DNA from: Planctomycetaceae bacterium
GTDB taxonomy: Bacteria; Planctomycetota; Planctomycetia; Pirellulales; Pirellulaceae
DNA: 38,962 nt
Direction of reading: 5' to 3'
Assembly (NCBI GenBank): GCA_003506095.1
Contig: DNWZ01000159.1
Span: forward strand, 1-38,962
A program made the translations under genes and the position numbers. Shown in pieces: positions 1 to 10,800 of the stretch. How positions within the stretch are numbered: position 1 is the first letter of the stretch; each line of letters opens with the position of its first letter. The notes under the pieces were generated by a model. That model was not told the origin of the DNA. It saw nothing but the letters and a program-made list of their open reading frames with translations, and made no database searches.

Positions 1-2
1 TA

Positions 3-272
3 ACGCAACTGCTCGAACGTCGCACAGCCGAGCTTTCACAACTCGAACGTCACTATCAAAACGCGACGACCAGCGACAGGCGATCAATTCGGCCATTGAA
101 AGAAAATGCTGAACAATCCTTAACCCAACTCCGCTCGGTCTTGCAAAAGCTCCAGCAACTCAACGTCCTTCACTCCGCCGTTGCCGCCACCGCTCATTTA
201 CAACTCACTCTCACAACCCAATGGCCAGACGGCCCTCAAACCATTCTAGAAATCCCCCTGCCAGATAAGTGA
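3..272 (+). CDS. 3' end of a gene truncated by the left window edge (89 codons plus TGA); Q/L/E-rich, coiled-coil-like tail of unknown function
   Basis: Frame 3 is open from base 3 to TGA at 270-272 (TQLLERRTAELSQLERHYQN...TILEIPLPDK*). Frame 1 opens on a stop and frame 2 closes at about nt 108. There is no start codon in the window, so it is missing from the ORF track. Confidence 0.4.
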   Translation, partial: TQLLERRTAELSQLERHYQNATTSDRRSIRPLKENAEQSLTQLRSVLQKLQQLNVLHSAVAATAHLQLTLTTQWPDGPQTILEIPLPDK

Positions 273-303
273 CCCAAATGAGTAGGAACTTGGAGAGTGC
301 CTG

Positions 304-1722
304 CTACTTTTCGCCCATAAAGTATCGATTCAAATACGATTGGCGACTTCCTTCTTCCCGCGCAAGGCCTACCATCGCATACAAACGTTGTTGATCCCGT
401 AACTTTTTCGCTGCCAAAACGCGATCATCTAGAAATCTTGCATCGATCTCACGCAACAATTCAAAACATTCCGGTGGCCTAGGGCCCGCAACTACGCCAT
501 AACGATCCAGTATCGCGATCGCCGTCGCTAATCGATGATCATGCCGACTGACCTTTTGCAATTGATCATTCAGCCATTCCAGCCCGAAAGCTTGGCACTG
601 CTCACCCCGTTCACTTAAATGATGATACAGCCGTCCATAGTAATCAGCGTCTGGATTACGCCACTCAATGAATTGCATCTGAGTCATTAAGTCAGCCTGG
701 TCATAAAGCCAACGACAAATCGACGGCTTGCCATCGCGACCGGCGCGACCGATTTCCTGATAATACGATTCGACCGAGCCGGGCGTCTCCGCATGCAGGA
801 TCACTCGAATGTCTTCTTTGTCGATTCCCATCCCAAACGCATTGGTCGCCAACACCAATCGTTGGCGTCCGTTCATGAATGCATTTTGAATCTTGCGCCG
901 ATACTGGCGAGGCAAATCGCCGTGATAACAGACATGATCGATCGATTCGTTCCGTAATCGTTCGCTGAACGCATCCAACGTTTTGATCAACGAGAAATAG
1001 ATGATCGCGCTGCCGCTGGCATAGGCCTCTTCGGCCAGTGTTTTCTCGATCCACTGAACTTTGTCCGAATCGCCCCAAACCTCTTGAACATCGATCACCA
1101 GGTTCGGCCGGTCGATCCCCTCATGAAAGATCGTTACTTCGCTCTCTGAAAGACCGAACTGCTTGATGATGTCCAATTGACAATCGCGTGTCGCGGTCGC
1201 AGTCAACCCGAGTGTTGGCGGATTGCCAAGCTGCTGACGAATATCCGCCAGACGCGTGTAGTCGGGGCGAAAGTCGTGCCCCCACTCGCTGACACAATGC
1301 GCCTCATCGACGGCCAAAAGGGTTACGTTTCGCCGACCGATCACTTCCAGAAACTCTGGCTTGCGAAACCGTTCCGGAGTGACGTACACGAGTCGGTGCT
1401 TCCCTTGGCCAATCTCCTGATATCGCAAAAGGCGATCTTCTGCCGACAATGACGAATTGACGAAACAGGCTTCGATCCCACGCTTCAACAACGAATCGAC
1501 CTGGTCTTGCATCAGCGCGATCAGCGGCGACAGCACCAAAACGAGATCGCTGGGCCGTTGGGTCGCCAATGCCGGAATCTGAAAGCAGAGCGATTTGCCA
1601 CTGCCGGTCGGCGCGATCAACAGCGCATGATGGCCCGTCGTCACGCGATCAATCACTTCCGCCTGACTGCCACGAAACGATTCGTAGCCGAAATATCGAT
1701 TCAACAGCGATAAAAAATGCAT
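304..1722 (-). CDS. recQ: RecQ-family ATP-dependent DNA helicase (short form, about 473 aa)
   Basis: Motifs read directly: N-terminal 'FGYESFRGSQAEVI', Walker A 'APTGSGKS', DEAH box 'VDEAHCVSEWGHDFRPDY', 'LTATA', and 'QEIGRAGRDG'. The track ORF starts at 1869. The ATG at 1722 (MHFLSLLNRYFGYESF) gives the canonical N-terminus and removes the overlap with the divergent gene. Confidence 0.9.
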   Translation of the reverse strand: MHFLSLLNRYFGYESFRGSQAEVIDRVTTGHHALLIAPTGSGKSLCFQIPALATQRPSDLVLVLSPLIALMQDQVDSLLKRGIEACFVNSSLSAEDRLLRYQEIGQGKHRLVYVTPERFRKPEFLEVIGRRNVTLLAVDEAHCVSEWGHDFRPDYTRLADIRQQLGNPPTLGLTATATRDCQLDIIKQFGLSESEVTIFHEGIDRPNLVIDVQEVWGDSDKVQWIEKTLAEEAYASGSAIIYFSLIKTLDAFSERLRNESIDHVCYHGDLPRQYRRKIQNAFMNGRQRLVLATNAFGMGIDKEDIRVILHAETPGSVESYYQEIGRAGRDGKPSICRWLYDQADLMTQMQFIEWRNPDADYYGRLYHHLSERGEQCQAFGLEWLNDQLQKVSRHDHRLATAIAILDRYGVVAGPRPPECFELLREIDARFLDDRVLAAKKLRDQQRLYAMVGLAREEGSRQSYLNRYFMGEK

Positions 1723-1741
1723 CGTCTCTGGTTCTGGATGG

Positions 1742-3394
1742 ATGTCGCTTGCCAACGACCGACAACCTAGCGTTTGCTCAGTTGTTGTTCCATCGGTACC
1801 ATCCGGATGCTGCGCCATGCTGGCCAGTACTCCACTTACCCGATTGACTGCCGTGAACGACCCGTACATCGACCTCGCATCCCTGCTTGGCCCAGCTGTC
1901 GACCCCGCTGCCGCTGGAATAACGCTGCGTCAAGTCGGCGCTGCGGATAGCGCAAAAGCACCGCAACTGCTGGCCGATTTACTCGACCAGATCGATTCGG
2001 TTCCGAGCTCCGATCCCGCGATCCTGGCGGCGCTGCTGCGCGGGTTGCACATCCTGTTTCTCAAAGGTGACCCCGCCGCGATCGCAGCCTTAGACCCGAT
2101 CGGATTAGCGGCATTAGACGAAGCCTTGCCGCTGGAATGCCCCAATCGGCACTTGGTCGTCCATTTGATGATGTTGATCAAGTCCGATGCGGCACTGCGA
2201 ACCGCAGTCAGCCGGCTGACCGCTTTACCGCCCAAAGATTCAGCCGCCGCGGGCCAGATCCTCAGCCCACTGATGCAGCACAACGACTGGTCGATCGATG
2301 CGGTGTTCCCCCACCTGCTCGGTGCGATCGAGCATCGCACGTTGGCCTCGCCGATTCTGGACATCGCCAATTACTTGGTGCGATCGGGCCGCCTCGACAC
2401 GCACCCCGCCGCCGACCGTGCCGCGTGGTTGACCACATTGCTGGCCGCCGTGACGGGCCACTTGGAGAAGTTTGAATCCGATCCTCGCTCGCTGGGCGAC
2501 GACATCGCCACTGTGCAGATGCGGTTGGCAGAAGCCGTTTCGTTGGCAGTGTCGCTGTGCGATGCGATCGCGCTTGTCGGTTGGACCCCAGCAATTCCAA
2601 GATTGACCGAAGCGATGCATTTGAAACACCGTCGTGTCCAAACCGAAGCGGCTGGATCACTAGCACGACTAGGTGACGAGCTCGGGACGGAGCATTTGAT
2701 CGCACTGGTGGAAGAACCGTCGGCGCGATTGCGAGTCATCGCGTATGCCGACGAACTCGGATTGAGCGACAAAATCGACGATCGTTTCCGTTCGGTGGAA
2801 TCGACTGCCGAAGCGGAGATGGCGCTTTGGCTTTCCCAGCCTTCACAAATGGGTGTGCCACCAACGCTGGTTGAAACGATCGACCAGCGACATCAATTCT
2901 GGCCCGGTTATGAGCAACCGCTCAATTGCTTGCTGGTCCGATTTCATTATGACATGGGGGCGAAAACTTACAGCAACATCGGCATCACTGGGCCAGTCAC
3001 GTTCGCCCTCGCTAACAATGTCGCCGACTTACCAGTTGATGACATCTATGCCATTTATGCCGGCTGGCATGCGGAACACGATGATATCTTTGCGATCGCG
3101 GCACAGCATATCAATCCGACTCAGCGACGATTGGTCAATGATTTAGCCACTCACGTCGATCGATGTGGCTATGAATCGCCAGCAGTCGAACTATTTGGTG
3201 TTTTCCTGGATGAACACGCTGCGGTTTTTCGTGCTCGTCGCGATGACAAACCCTGCTTGGTCATCACCGACGGACTCGAAACCATTCACCAAAGGATTAC
3301 CGGCATGGTTCGTGAACTCGCAGCGGCCGATTTGTGGAATCTCTACAAAGGCCGGAAAATGTTACGTTCATTCAATCCTGTCGACTTTTCGTGA
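1742..3394 (+). CDS. Hypothetical protein, A/L-rich helical, with one HEAT/PBS-lyase-like repeat segment
   Basis: 550-codon ORF with an ATG at 1742 and an alternative ATG at 1817. The segment 'EAAGSLARLGDELGTEHLIALVEEPSARLRVIAYADELG' resembles HEAT repeats. No catalytic motif was recognised. Confidence 0.6.
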   Translation: MSLANDRQPSVCSVVVPSVPSGCCAMLASTPLTRLTAVNDPYIDLASLLGPAVDPAAAGITLRQVGAADSAKAPQLLADLLDQIDSVPSSDPAILAALLRGLHILFLKGDPAAIAALDPIGLAALDEALPLECPNRHLVVHLMMLIKSDAALRTAVSRLTALPPKDSAAAGQILSPLMQHNDWSIDAVFPHLLGAIEHRTLASPILDIANYLVRSGRLDTHPAADRAAWLTTLLAAVTGHLEKFESDPRSLGDDIATVQMRLAEAVSLAVSLCDAIALVGWTPAIPRLTEAMHLKHRRVQTEAAGSLARLGDELGTEHLIALVEEPSARLRVIAYADELGLSDKIDDRFRSVESTAEAEMALWLSQPSQMGVPPTLVETIDQRHQFWPGYEQPLNCLLVRFHYDMGAKTYSNIGITGPVTFALANNVADLPVDDIYAIYAGWHAEHDDIFAIAAQHINPTQRRLVNDLATHVDRCGYESPAVELFGVFLDEHAAVFRARRDDKPCLVITDGLETIHQRITGMVRELAAADLWNLYKGRKMLRSFNPVDFS

Positions 3395-3458
3395 TCATCG
3401 CCTTGGCTTGTGCCACCAGGCAGTTGTTCGATAAAGTTCCGTTTGAAACGACGGAATA

Positions 3459-6074
3459 TTATTCCAACGAAGCCAGTCCCCCGCGTTCTACAATCTTAAG
3501 CAGTTCTTGTCCGCTCATGCGATGTGCCGCGTCGTGTGGGCATGCGTAAACGCAGCGGGGCTTGCCGTCAATGCTGCGGCAGAGGTCACAAGTTGTCGCC
3601 TTTTGTTGAATGACGGGTATCTTGCGTCCATTGCGTTCTTCAAAAACTGCCTTTCTTTTACCAGTCTTCGGATCAGCTTCTATCTTTGGAAATCCGTGCA
3701 TATTGATGTTTCCATAAGGGCAGTTTTGTGCGCAAAGCCCACAACCGATGCAATAATCCTCGATCTTGATCTCCAGTGAATTGCCATCTCGGTGAATGGC
3801 GTCAACAGGGCAACCGACTAGGCAATACGGGTCCATGCAGGAGCGACAACTGCTGGCGACCAGAAATTTATCAAAACGCAAACCGTCTCTCACAAGTCGT
3901 GTCACGCCGCCATGCGTGTCTGCGCAGGCTTTGGTGCATTCATCACACCGCGTGCATTTTTCTAAATCAAGAACCAGCAGGCTTTGCCCTAAAAACAAGC
4001 CTTGATCAATAAAGTCGTCTGTGCCGATCGCGTCTAACTGCTTTCGAATCGCGTAATCGCGTGCCAAGATCTCGTCGGCGACTTTCAGCATCGGTTCGAC
4101 AAGTGCAGGCAACTTTCTCAGCAATTCATGAAAGTCAGCCGCCTTGATTCGAATCAATTCGACATGGTCCAACGCCGCACAGGATGCTGTACGACGTCCG
4201 TCCGGGATCTTGTTGCGTCCAGGCACTTGGTCCGAATTGACCAGTTTTGTCAGTAGTCCGATTTCGCCAAAATAGCTACCCGGCGAAACATAGCCCATCA
4301 CGCGATCCGAAACGCCATACTTCTGGGTCACTTTGATGAAACCGAGCCGATTGATGTAAATCGCATCAGCGATCTCGCCTTGACGATAAATCGTTTGGCC
4401 AGGCTCAACGGTCAGCAACTCGACTCGATTGTTTAAAAAGTCGGCTGCTTCCTGACGCTGGTCCTCGGACAATCCTTGAAAGATTGGCAAAGATGTCAGT
4501 TGTCCGCGCAAGGTTCGCTTGCGATAAACCTGGTCCAAGAACTCGCGACTGATCGCATTTCTTTGAATCATATAAAGCACGTTGCGGCGGATCTCCACAA
4601 CCACCGAGTTTTCCTTGGCCACCACCGTTGCAGATCGCGGATATCGGTTCAAACAGGTCATTTCACCGATGATTACGTCTTCCGGGGTGATTTCAATCAC
4701 CGTGTCGTCTGACAATTCTGCGCCGTGCATGTCGCTCAATCGGGCCACGGTGGAATGTTTGGTTGCTCCACCCCCACCACCAAGCCAACGTAAAAGACCG
4801 AATCCTAATGGTTTTTTTGGTTTACCACGCTTGGATTGCAAAGTGACCGTGAAACGACCACTGACAATGACAAACGCCGTCGAACCGTACTCACCTTCGC
4901 GACACAAAACCTCTCCGGCTTTGAGTTGTCGAACCACAAAGGCGCCTTGATTGAACTGCACAAACTTTGGTGGCAATCCGGCAAACAATGGAATTGCTAA
5001 AATCTCACGCACATTCGTCGGCTTGTCGTGGCCTTCGGCCACCGCGGTTGATGCCAAGTATGACGGACGAAATTCGAGTGCACCGGTCGGACAGGAAATC
5101 ACACATTCGCCGCAGGAAACGCACGAACTTTTGCCCATGGGGTCATCAAGATCGAATCCGATATGGCTTTGGTAGCCCTTGCCAAAACGACCGATTACAT
5201 GATTCTCTTTCACATAGTTGCAGCCCCGTGAACACCGTCCACAAAGGATGCATTCTTCCAGATTGACAACAACCATTCGACTTGATTTATCAATCTGTGG
5301 CGGTGGCGGCGATTCAATCAGCCCGCTCAGATTCTTGGCCAGCATTGTCTTGGAGAATCGATTGGTCGATAGATTCAATCGCGATGCCAACGCGGCCAAC
5401 TCATTGCCATCCTCCGCCAACCGGGGCGACATCCGCCCCGTCGCGTTTATCGCCACCATTTCACTGCTACGTTGGGCCGGCAAATGATCGGCAACCAAAA
5501 GCTCCGTCAATAAACTGCATGCCTTCTTCACCCGCTGCGCAGCCGCAGGATCCGCCTTGCTGTTGATCGTATGGACTGCCATGCCATCGGAAACATGCTG
5601 AACGCACGAAGGGACAAGTTTGCTGCGGACGCCACGGCGAGTCTGCTCGACAGCCTCAACCATACAGACGCGACAGACGCCAACTGGTGGAAGGTGTTCG
5701 CGATGGCAAAGCGTTGGGATCGGATGGGCGTCACCAGCCTGCTGCACAAAAGCTTGGGTTGCAGCATCATAGATGGTGGTCGCGCGCGGAATCGCATTCC
5801 CCTCGGAGTCTCGTTGAATCGAGCCTTGAGAATCTCGCAGCGGTACCGCCTTTTTAACGACGACCTGGCGACCATCAATTGTTAAGCATACGTCGGTATC
5901 AAAGTCATCCGCAGTCGCTCGGCGAACCCGAATTAGGCGTCCATCAACGCTACGCGCAAACAGTCCCTCGTCGTCGTATGCCTTGCTTGTCTCGTCGCGA
6001 TCTGCAACCGCTGCGGCAAAGTTAATCGTTTGAGTCGCTAGGAGACGCTGGTCGCTAAAGTCTTTATTTTCCAT
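3459..6074 (-). CDS. Multidomain Fe-S protein: NuoG/HoxU-like N-terminal 2Fe-2S plus 4Fe-4S region, two tandem cyclic-nucleotide-binding (CNB) domains, and a C-terminal DmsB/HybA-like multi-4Fe-4S ferredoxin domain
   Basis: 2Fe-2S-like 'LCHREHLPPVGVCRVCMVE...PSCVQHV'. 4Fe-4S sites 'CILCGRCSRGC' and 'CVSCGECVISCP'. CNB1 phosphate-binding cassette 'IGEMTCLNRYPRSATVVA'; CNB2 'FGEIGLL...RRTASCAAL'. C-terminal sites 'CTRCDECTKAC', 'CRSCMDPYCLVGCP', 'CIGCGLCAQNCP' and 'CDLC...CVYACP'. I prefer the ATG at 6074 (MENKDF), preceded by GGGAGA, over the track start at 6116. It overlaps the upstream stop by 11 nt. Confidence 0.85.
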   Translation of the reverse strand: MENKDFSDQRLLATQTINFAAAVADRDETSKAYDDEGLFARSVDGRLIRVRRATADDFDTDVCLTIDGRQVVVKKAVPLRDSQGSIQRDSEGNAIPRATTIYDAATQAFVQQAGDAHPIPTLCHREHLPPVGVCRVCMVEAVEQTRRGVRSKLVPSCVQHVSDGMAVHTINSKADPAAAQRVKKACSLLTELLVADHLPAQRSSEMVAINATGRMSPRLAEDGNELAALASRLNLSTNRFSKTMLAKNLSGLIESPPPPQIDKSSRMVVVNLEECILCGRCSRGCNYVKENHVIGRFGKGYQSHIGFDLDDPMGKSSCVSCGECVISCPTGALEFRPSYLASTAVAEGHDKPTNVREILAIPLFAGLPPKFVQFNQGAFVVRQLKAGEVLCREGEYGSTAFVIVSGRFTVTLQSKRGKPKKPLGFGLLRWLGGGGGATKHSTVARLSDMHGAELSDDTVIEITPEDVIIGEMTCLNRYPRSATVVAKENSVVVEIRRNVLYMIQRNAISREFLDQVYRKRTLRGQLTSLPIFQGLSEDQRQEAADFLNNRVELLTVEPGQTIYRQGEIADAIYINRLGFIKVTQKYGVSDRVMGYVSPGSYFGEIGLLTKLVNSDQVPGRNKIPDGRRTASCAALDHVELIRIKAADFHELLRKLPALVEPMLKVADEILARDYAIRKQLDAIGTDDFIDQGLFLGQSLLVLDLEKCTRCDECTKACADTHGGVTRLVRDGLRFDKFLVASSCRSCMDPYCLVGCPVDAIHRDGNSLEIKIEDYCIGCGLCAQNCPYGNINMHGFPKIEADPKTGKRKAVFEERNGRKIPVIQQKATTCDLCRSIDGKPRCVYACPHDAAHRMSGQELLKIVERGGLASLE

Positions 6075-7884
6075 CGTATTCTCCCTGCGGTTGATTGCCC
6101 GATGATTGCGGACCATTGTTCGGACACTTCGACGCGACTAAGTGCGGAAAAAATCGAAACAACGATCGCACCGGATTGCTCGCCACCTGTCCCAATCCAC
6201 AAATGCTGGTCGCTTCCATCACTTCACTGAGTTCACGGACAGTGCTGCTGAAGATCGGAAGCTCGCTCAGTGCAACTCGCCCGGCGTCGATCCCGGTTGC
6301 CATCGCCGTGATTTTTTCGGATCCGATTCGACAAGGGACGCACTTGCCACACGATTCGTTACGGAAGAAACGACTGCAAGCTAATGCTTCGCTGACCAAA
6401 TCGGCTTGGTCGTTGTAGACCACGATTCCCGCCCCCAACATATAGCCCATCGTGCGCGACACGTTGATATCCATTGGCAAGTCGCGAATGTCGATTGTGG
6501 TCGTGCCTTCTGGGACAAACCGTTTTGCAAAGGATTGATTAAGCTCGGATACCGGGATTTTTGCGGGCCACAGACCGCCTGACGGCCCCGAAAGGGCCAC
6601 TGCCGCAATCAAACCGCCACGCATACCACCTGCGTATTCGTCGATCAGTTCTCCTAAAGTGATTCCGGTCGGAACCTCATACACACCCGGGCAAACGACA
6701 TCGCCACTGATCGAAAACAAGCGGCGACCTCGGGCTAAGTCTTTCTGGCCAGCGAGATCGAAAGGGCCAGTCTTTTGCCCCTCATCGCGGTACCATTTTC
6801 CGCTGTCACGATCAAGAATGGCTGGCACCCATGCAAACGTCTCAACATTGTTTAGCAGGGTCGGCTGATTCTGATATCCGTTTGTCATCAATTCGGGAGG
6901 TCGGTTTCTCGGCTCAGCCCTTTTGTCTTCCATCGCCTCGATCAATGCCGTCTGCTCACCACAGATGTAACCGCCCGGGCTCACAAAAACTTCTAAAAAG
7001 AACTTCTCCCCAGATCCAAGAATATTTTGACCCAGGATGCCCAGGTCATTCGCACGGTTAATCTCTGCTTGAAGGCGTTTAATCTGCTCGGGATACTCGT
7101 GACGAACATAAATCCAACCGCGTTGGGCACCGACCACCAAGCCGCCCAGGATCATCCCCTCGATCACGAGGTGGGGGAATCGCAGCAAAATCTCTCGATC
7201 TTTAAACGTTCCCGGTTCACTCTCGTCCGCATTGCAAACCAAGTATTTCGCCTTTCCCTCGGCCGCTAGAACATCGCCCCACTTAAGATACGTTCTGCCA
7301 CCGGCACCGCCCATTCCAAGCAAGCCAGCAGTCTCTAATGCCTTCAGCACACCCGCAGGATCGGGCGCTTTGAGATAGTTGCGAACTAATCGATAGTCGG
7401 GTGAGACCTGGGACGATCGATCGTAGATCTCCATTTGCCACTTCTCGGTTCCCTTGACGGTTCCCCTGGCATCGGAATCGGCCGATGGCCGGAGGCCACT
7501 GGTCGACTGGTCGATTGCCAAACGGAGCTCTTCTTCGGATCGCCCAGCAAATAATCTTTCATTGATCATTGCTGCAGGCGCACGATCACAGCGTCCCAGG
7601 CAGGATACCCCGCAAACTTCAACAGCCTCGCCGTAACGTTGTTTAGCATACTTTTCGATTCGTTCCGTCATCGTAACCGCGCCACCCCGATGACAGCTCA
7701 TGTCGCGACAGATGTGTACCGTAACTTTTGGCGGTGGCGTCGTTCGAAAATGAGGAAAGAATGAAACCAAAGATTGCACGCGATGCAGTGGTACATTCAA
7801 TACTTCAGCAACCTTCGTGAGGTCTTCACGAGTCAAATAGCCGCCGCGATTCTTCTGAAAACGATACAGCGTAGGAATAATCAT
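6064..7884 (-). CDS. NuoE-NuoF fusion (NAD(P)H-binding flavoprotein of complex I / HoxF / FdhB type: thioredoxin-like 2Fe-2S domain plus FMN/NADH/4Fe-4S domain)
   Basis: NuoE-like 'HICRDMSCH...CGVSCLGRCDRAP'. NuoF motifs 'GLLGMGGAGGRTYLKW', 'YLVCNADESEPGTFKDREIL', 'GGYICGEQTALIEAMEDKRAEPRNRPP' and the N3 cluster 'ESCGKCVPCRIG'. The ATG at 7884 lies 6 nt after the upstream stop. Confidence 0.9.
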   Translation of the reverse strand: MIIPTLYRFQKNRGGYLTREDLTKVAEVLNVPLHRVQSLVSFFPHFRTTPPPKVTVHICRDMSCHRGGAVTMTERIEKYAKQRYGEAVEVCGVSCLGRCDRAPAAMINERLFAGRSEEELRLAIDQSTSGLRPSADSDARGTVKGTEKWQMEIYDRSSQVSPDYRLVRNYLKAPDPAGVLKALETAGLLGMGGAGGRTYLKWGDVLAAEGKAKYLVCNADESEPGTFKDREILLRFPHLVIEGMILGGLVVGAQRGWIYVRHEYPEQIKRLQAEINRANDLGILGQNILGSGEKFFLEVFVSPGGYICGEQTALIEAMEDKRAEPRNRPPELMTNGYQNQPTLLNNVETFAWVPAILDRDSGKWYRDEGQKTGPFDLAGQKDLARGRRLFSISGDVVCPGVYEVPTGITLGELIDEYAGGMRGGLIAAVALSGPSGGLWPAKIPVSELNQSFAKRFVPEGTTTIDIRDLPMDINVSRTMGYMLGAGIVVYNDQADLVSEALACSRFFRNESCGKCVPCRIGSEKITAMATGIDAGRVALSELPIFSSTVRELSEVMEATSICGLGQVASNPVRSLFRFFPHLVASKCPNNGPQSSGNQPQGEYDGK

Positions 7885-7890
7885 GGTGCT

Positions 7891-10800
7891 TTAATTCGAC
7901 TCCACGGATTCGGATAACCGCTTGGTTAACTCGCGAAACTTAGCTATGTCAATGAATTCCGGGCTGTCGATGACCCATTCGCCAATCCGATCTTGGACGC
8001 GACGAAACTCAATCGCTTCGGCCATTTTGCCGAGGTAGGCTGCAACCTCATGTCGGTCGCTCGGAACTCTTCGGTCTCGAATCAATGCATGCGAACGGAG
8101 GTACCAATGTGACGCCTGATACCACGCACCGGTGATCGATGAATTGACACCCAACGGCGCAGCTGCTGGGGAATGGAAACGCGCCAATGATTTCATTTCG
8201 ACTTGCAGTGGACGCGGATCGGCCAGACGCGACAAGTATCTGCCGATGATCTCTTCGATACTAACAGTGGCTGGTTTTATTTGTTTGATATCCACAGCAC
8301 GCAGTCGTATCGTGTCCAGTGCTTTATTCATTGCAACGACATCCGACGGCCCTAAATATGCAAGCCCGTGCTCAATAAACTCAGCCAAAAGCGAGGGATG
8401 GGGCAACGGGTGTCCGTAGCTAGGGCGAACCGCAAAATTGGTGATCTTCAAATGATGATGGCATGCAAAGCAATCAAAGTCTGCAAGCTCCGGCCAAACA
8501 CTCGCCGTTAAAGAGGCGTCCGGCGATTCCAGCTGGGAATCGATTCGCCGCTGCGCCGTCAGCTGAATCGCGGCACGAATCGCAATCGCCTGAGCCGCCA
8601 AGAAACGTCGCAATTCAGACTCGTCCTCTAGCGACGGCAAACCATCTTGCGAACGATCCTCCACTGCATGCCGTGGCAGGCGACGCAAGGCAGACCAACC
8701 TTCAAATCGGAGTGCTGGGTGCCCCGCAGCAATCATGTCATGATTCATATCGCGAACCATTCCATCAGCGACCCGTGATCCCACGTGACAACGGACGCAG
8801 CCATCGATTCGTTTAACAAAATTTCGTGTTTCCCTCATCGAGCCCGAAACGGTCCAATCGTCACGAAGATGCGACTGAACCCAATTGCTTGCTGGTCCAT
8901 GGCACGCTTCGCACGAGACGCCTGCAAGGGCTTGGTGAGTCACTGTTTCGTTGTCCGTGCTGGCATTTTTTTCGTCGCTGGGCACGGCGAGTTCGGCCTG
9001 CATGGCGCCCTGAGCATCGATTGGGGAATGACAACTGTTACAGCGAGATCGCAGCACCTGTTCGAAGCGATCGGGTGAATCTCTAGCCCCGGGGTCCAGC
9101 GTCCAAACAATGCGTTTGCTCAATTGGCCTGAAAGGGTTAGCCCGGCGCGCGCGTGTGGGTCGAATGCTTCAAAAACGCTTTGACTGCTGGTCCAATCGG
9201 GATGGCTTCCGATAGCGCCGCTATGGCAGGTGCTGGTTCCACACGAGTCACTGCCGATCCACCGACCAGCAGATGACGTTAAACTCGAATGGCTTGAAGT
9301 CGCCGGTGGTTGTTTAGTGCCTGGCGACTGTGCTGATTGAGTGTTGACCAGGGATATGTCATGAATGCCGCCTTTGTCGTCCTGAGATTCAGAATCTAAC
9401 AGGCTTGCTTGCACCGGCGTTTGGATTGGCGATGTAGATCCATAAGAATGATAATCATGGCATGTTGTGCATCGGTCTGGCGCGTGATCGGATAAGCCGC
9501 CAAAGAGAGCTGCATGCGACTGGTTATTCGTAGAATTGGCTTCTTGCTGCGAGGCACGATGGCAGGGAGTGCATGAGGCGATCCCGAGTATCATTTTAAG
9601 ATCGCCTGGATTGAGCGTGATCAGTGGGTCCGGTGCAGGCTCGGTCGATGTAAAGTCTGTTTGCGCAGATTGCCCGGCTCCCGTGGTTTTTGCCAGCCAG
9701 CTTCGCAGCGCAACTCGTTCGGGGTCGGAGATCGACTGGGCATTCGGATCGGCTTGCGGATGACAGGCGATGCAAGTAACGCCGCGGTGCGCGCTATGAT
9801 CAAATCGTCCGGCACGCAGTCGAGGCTGAGGAATCCTCGGAACTGGCGCCGCTATTTCAACGTCTGTATTGATGTGACAAACACGACACTGTTGTGCAAC
9901 GCGGCTCAGCAGTAGTTCGGTGCGCTGGGCCCGCCCGTTTTCTTCTAGCGATTGGTCGTTTAAAGGTTGACGACTGCTAGGCGGGCTTGCATTAGAGCCT
10001 GGGACGCGGATCGGAAAACCGTCCGATTTCCAAAGCTGATCGCCCGTCAATTGACTAGCAGCCAACTGGCCCGAAATTGAATCTCGCATTGACGGCACCG
10101 CGACGCCGTGGGGGACGGCCCACTGGCCTTGGCGCTGGCCAGGAAGGGTTAAAGGATGGCAAGCAGCACAATGTTGGGTGTACTTAACCGGTGATGAACT
10201 TCGTCCCCATGCGTACTCACCCGACCGCTGAAGCCCCAATGATGACGATTGGAACTCATGGCAATCTGCGCATTGCAGTTGGACTGCTGCATCCAACGAT
10301 TGTCCGGGCCTTTGGTATTTTTCAACAAACTCTTTGGGCAATCGATCCAGTCGCATAGCACCTCGCTGGCCGGGCATGACCTGCCCCGGATTCATATGCA
10401 GGGCATGGTCAAACTCAATTCGTGGTGCATCCGCATTCTCTGGGTTAAGCTTTTGCAGTGAAGCAAAATCGCTGTGATCGGCCAGTGAAAACTGAGATAC
10501 ATTTACCGGCGGCTGCGAATCCGATTTTGTCGCACAAAACGCGGAAGTCTTTTCGTGGCACGAGACGCAAGCGTGGTTGAACGTGGGGATCAATTGACGA
10601 TCCCGTCCCAAGTGCTCGTCATGACAAACCGCACATCGTTGGTCTGCCAGCTTGCCAGCATCATTTAAAGCTGCGACATGAGGACCAACATTCTGATGAC
10701 AACTCTGGCATTTACTCGCTGTCGACCTGACCGCAGTGGAAGGTTCGATATGCCACGCGTCCGCAGCGATCGGCACGAAGTCAACATGACAGGCAGAGCA

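Noticed and set aside
1723-1869. 49-codon N-terminal extension of the RecQ ORF that overlaps the divergent gene at 1742
   Set aside because: The extension has no helicase-related sequence. The ATG at 1722 restores the usual RecQ N-terminus and avoids a 128-nt head-to-head coding overlap. The start of the 1742 gene may itself be the ATG at 1817.
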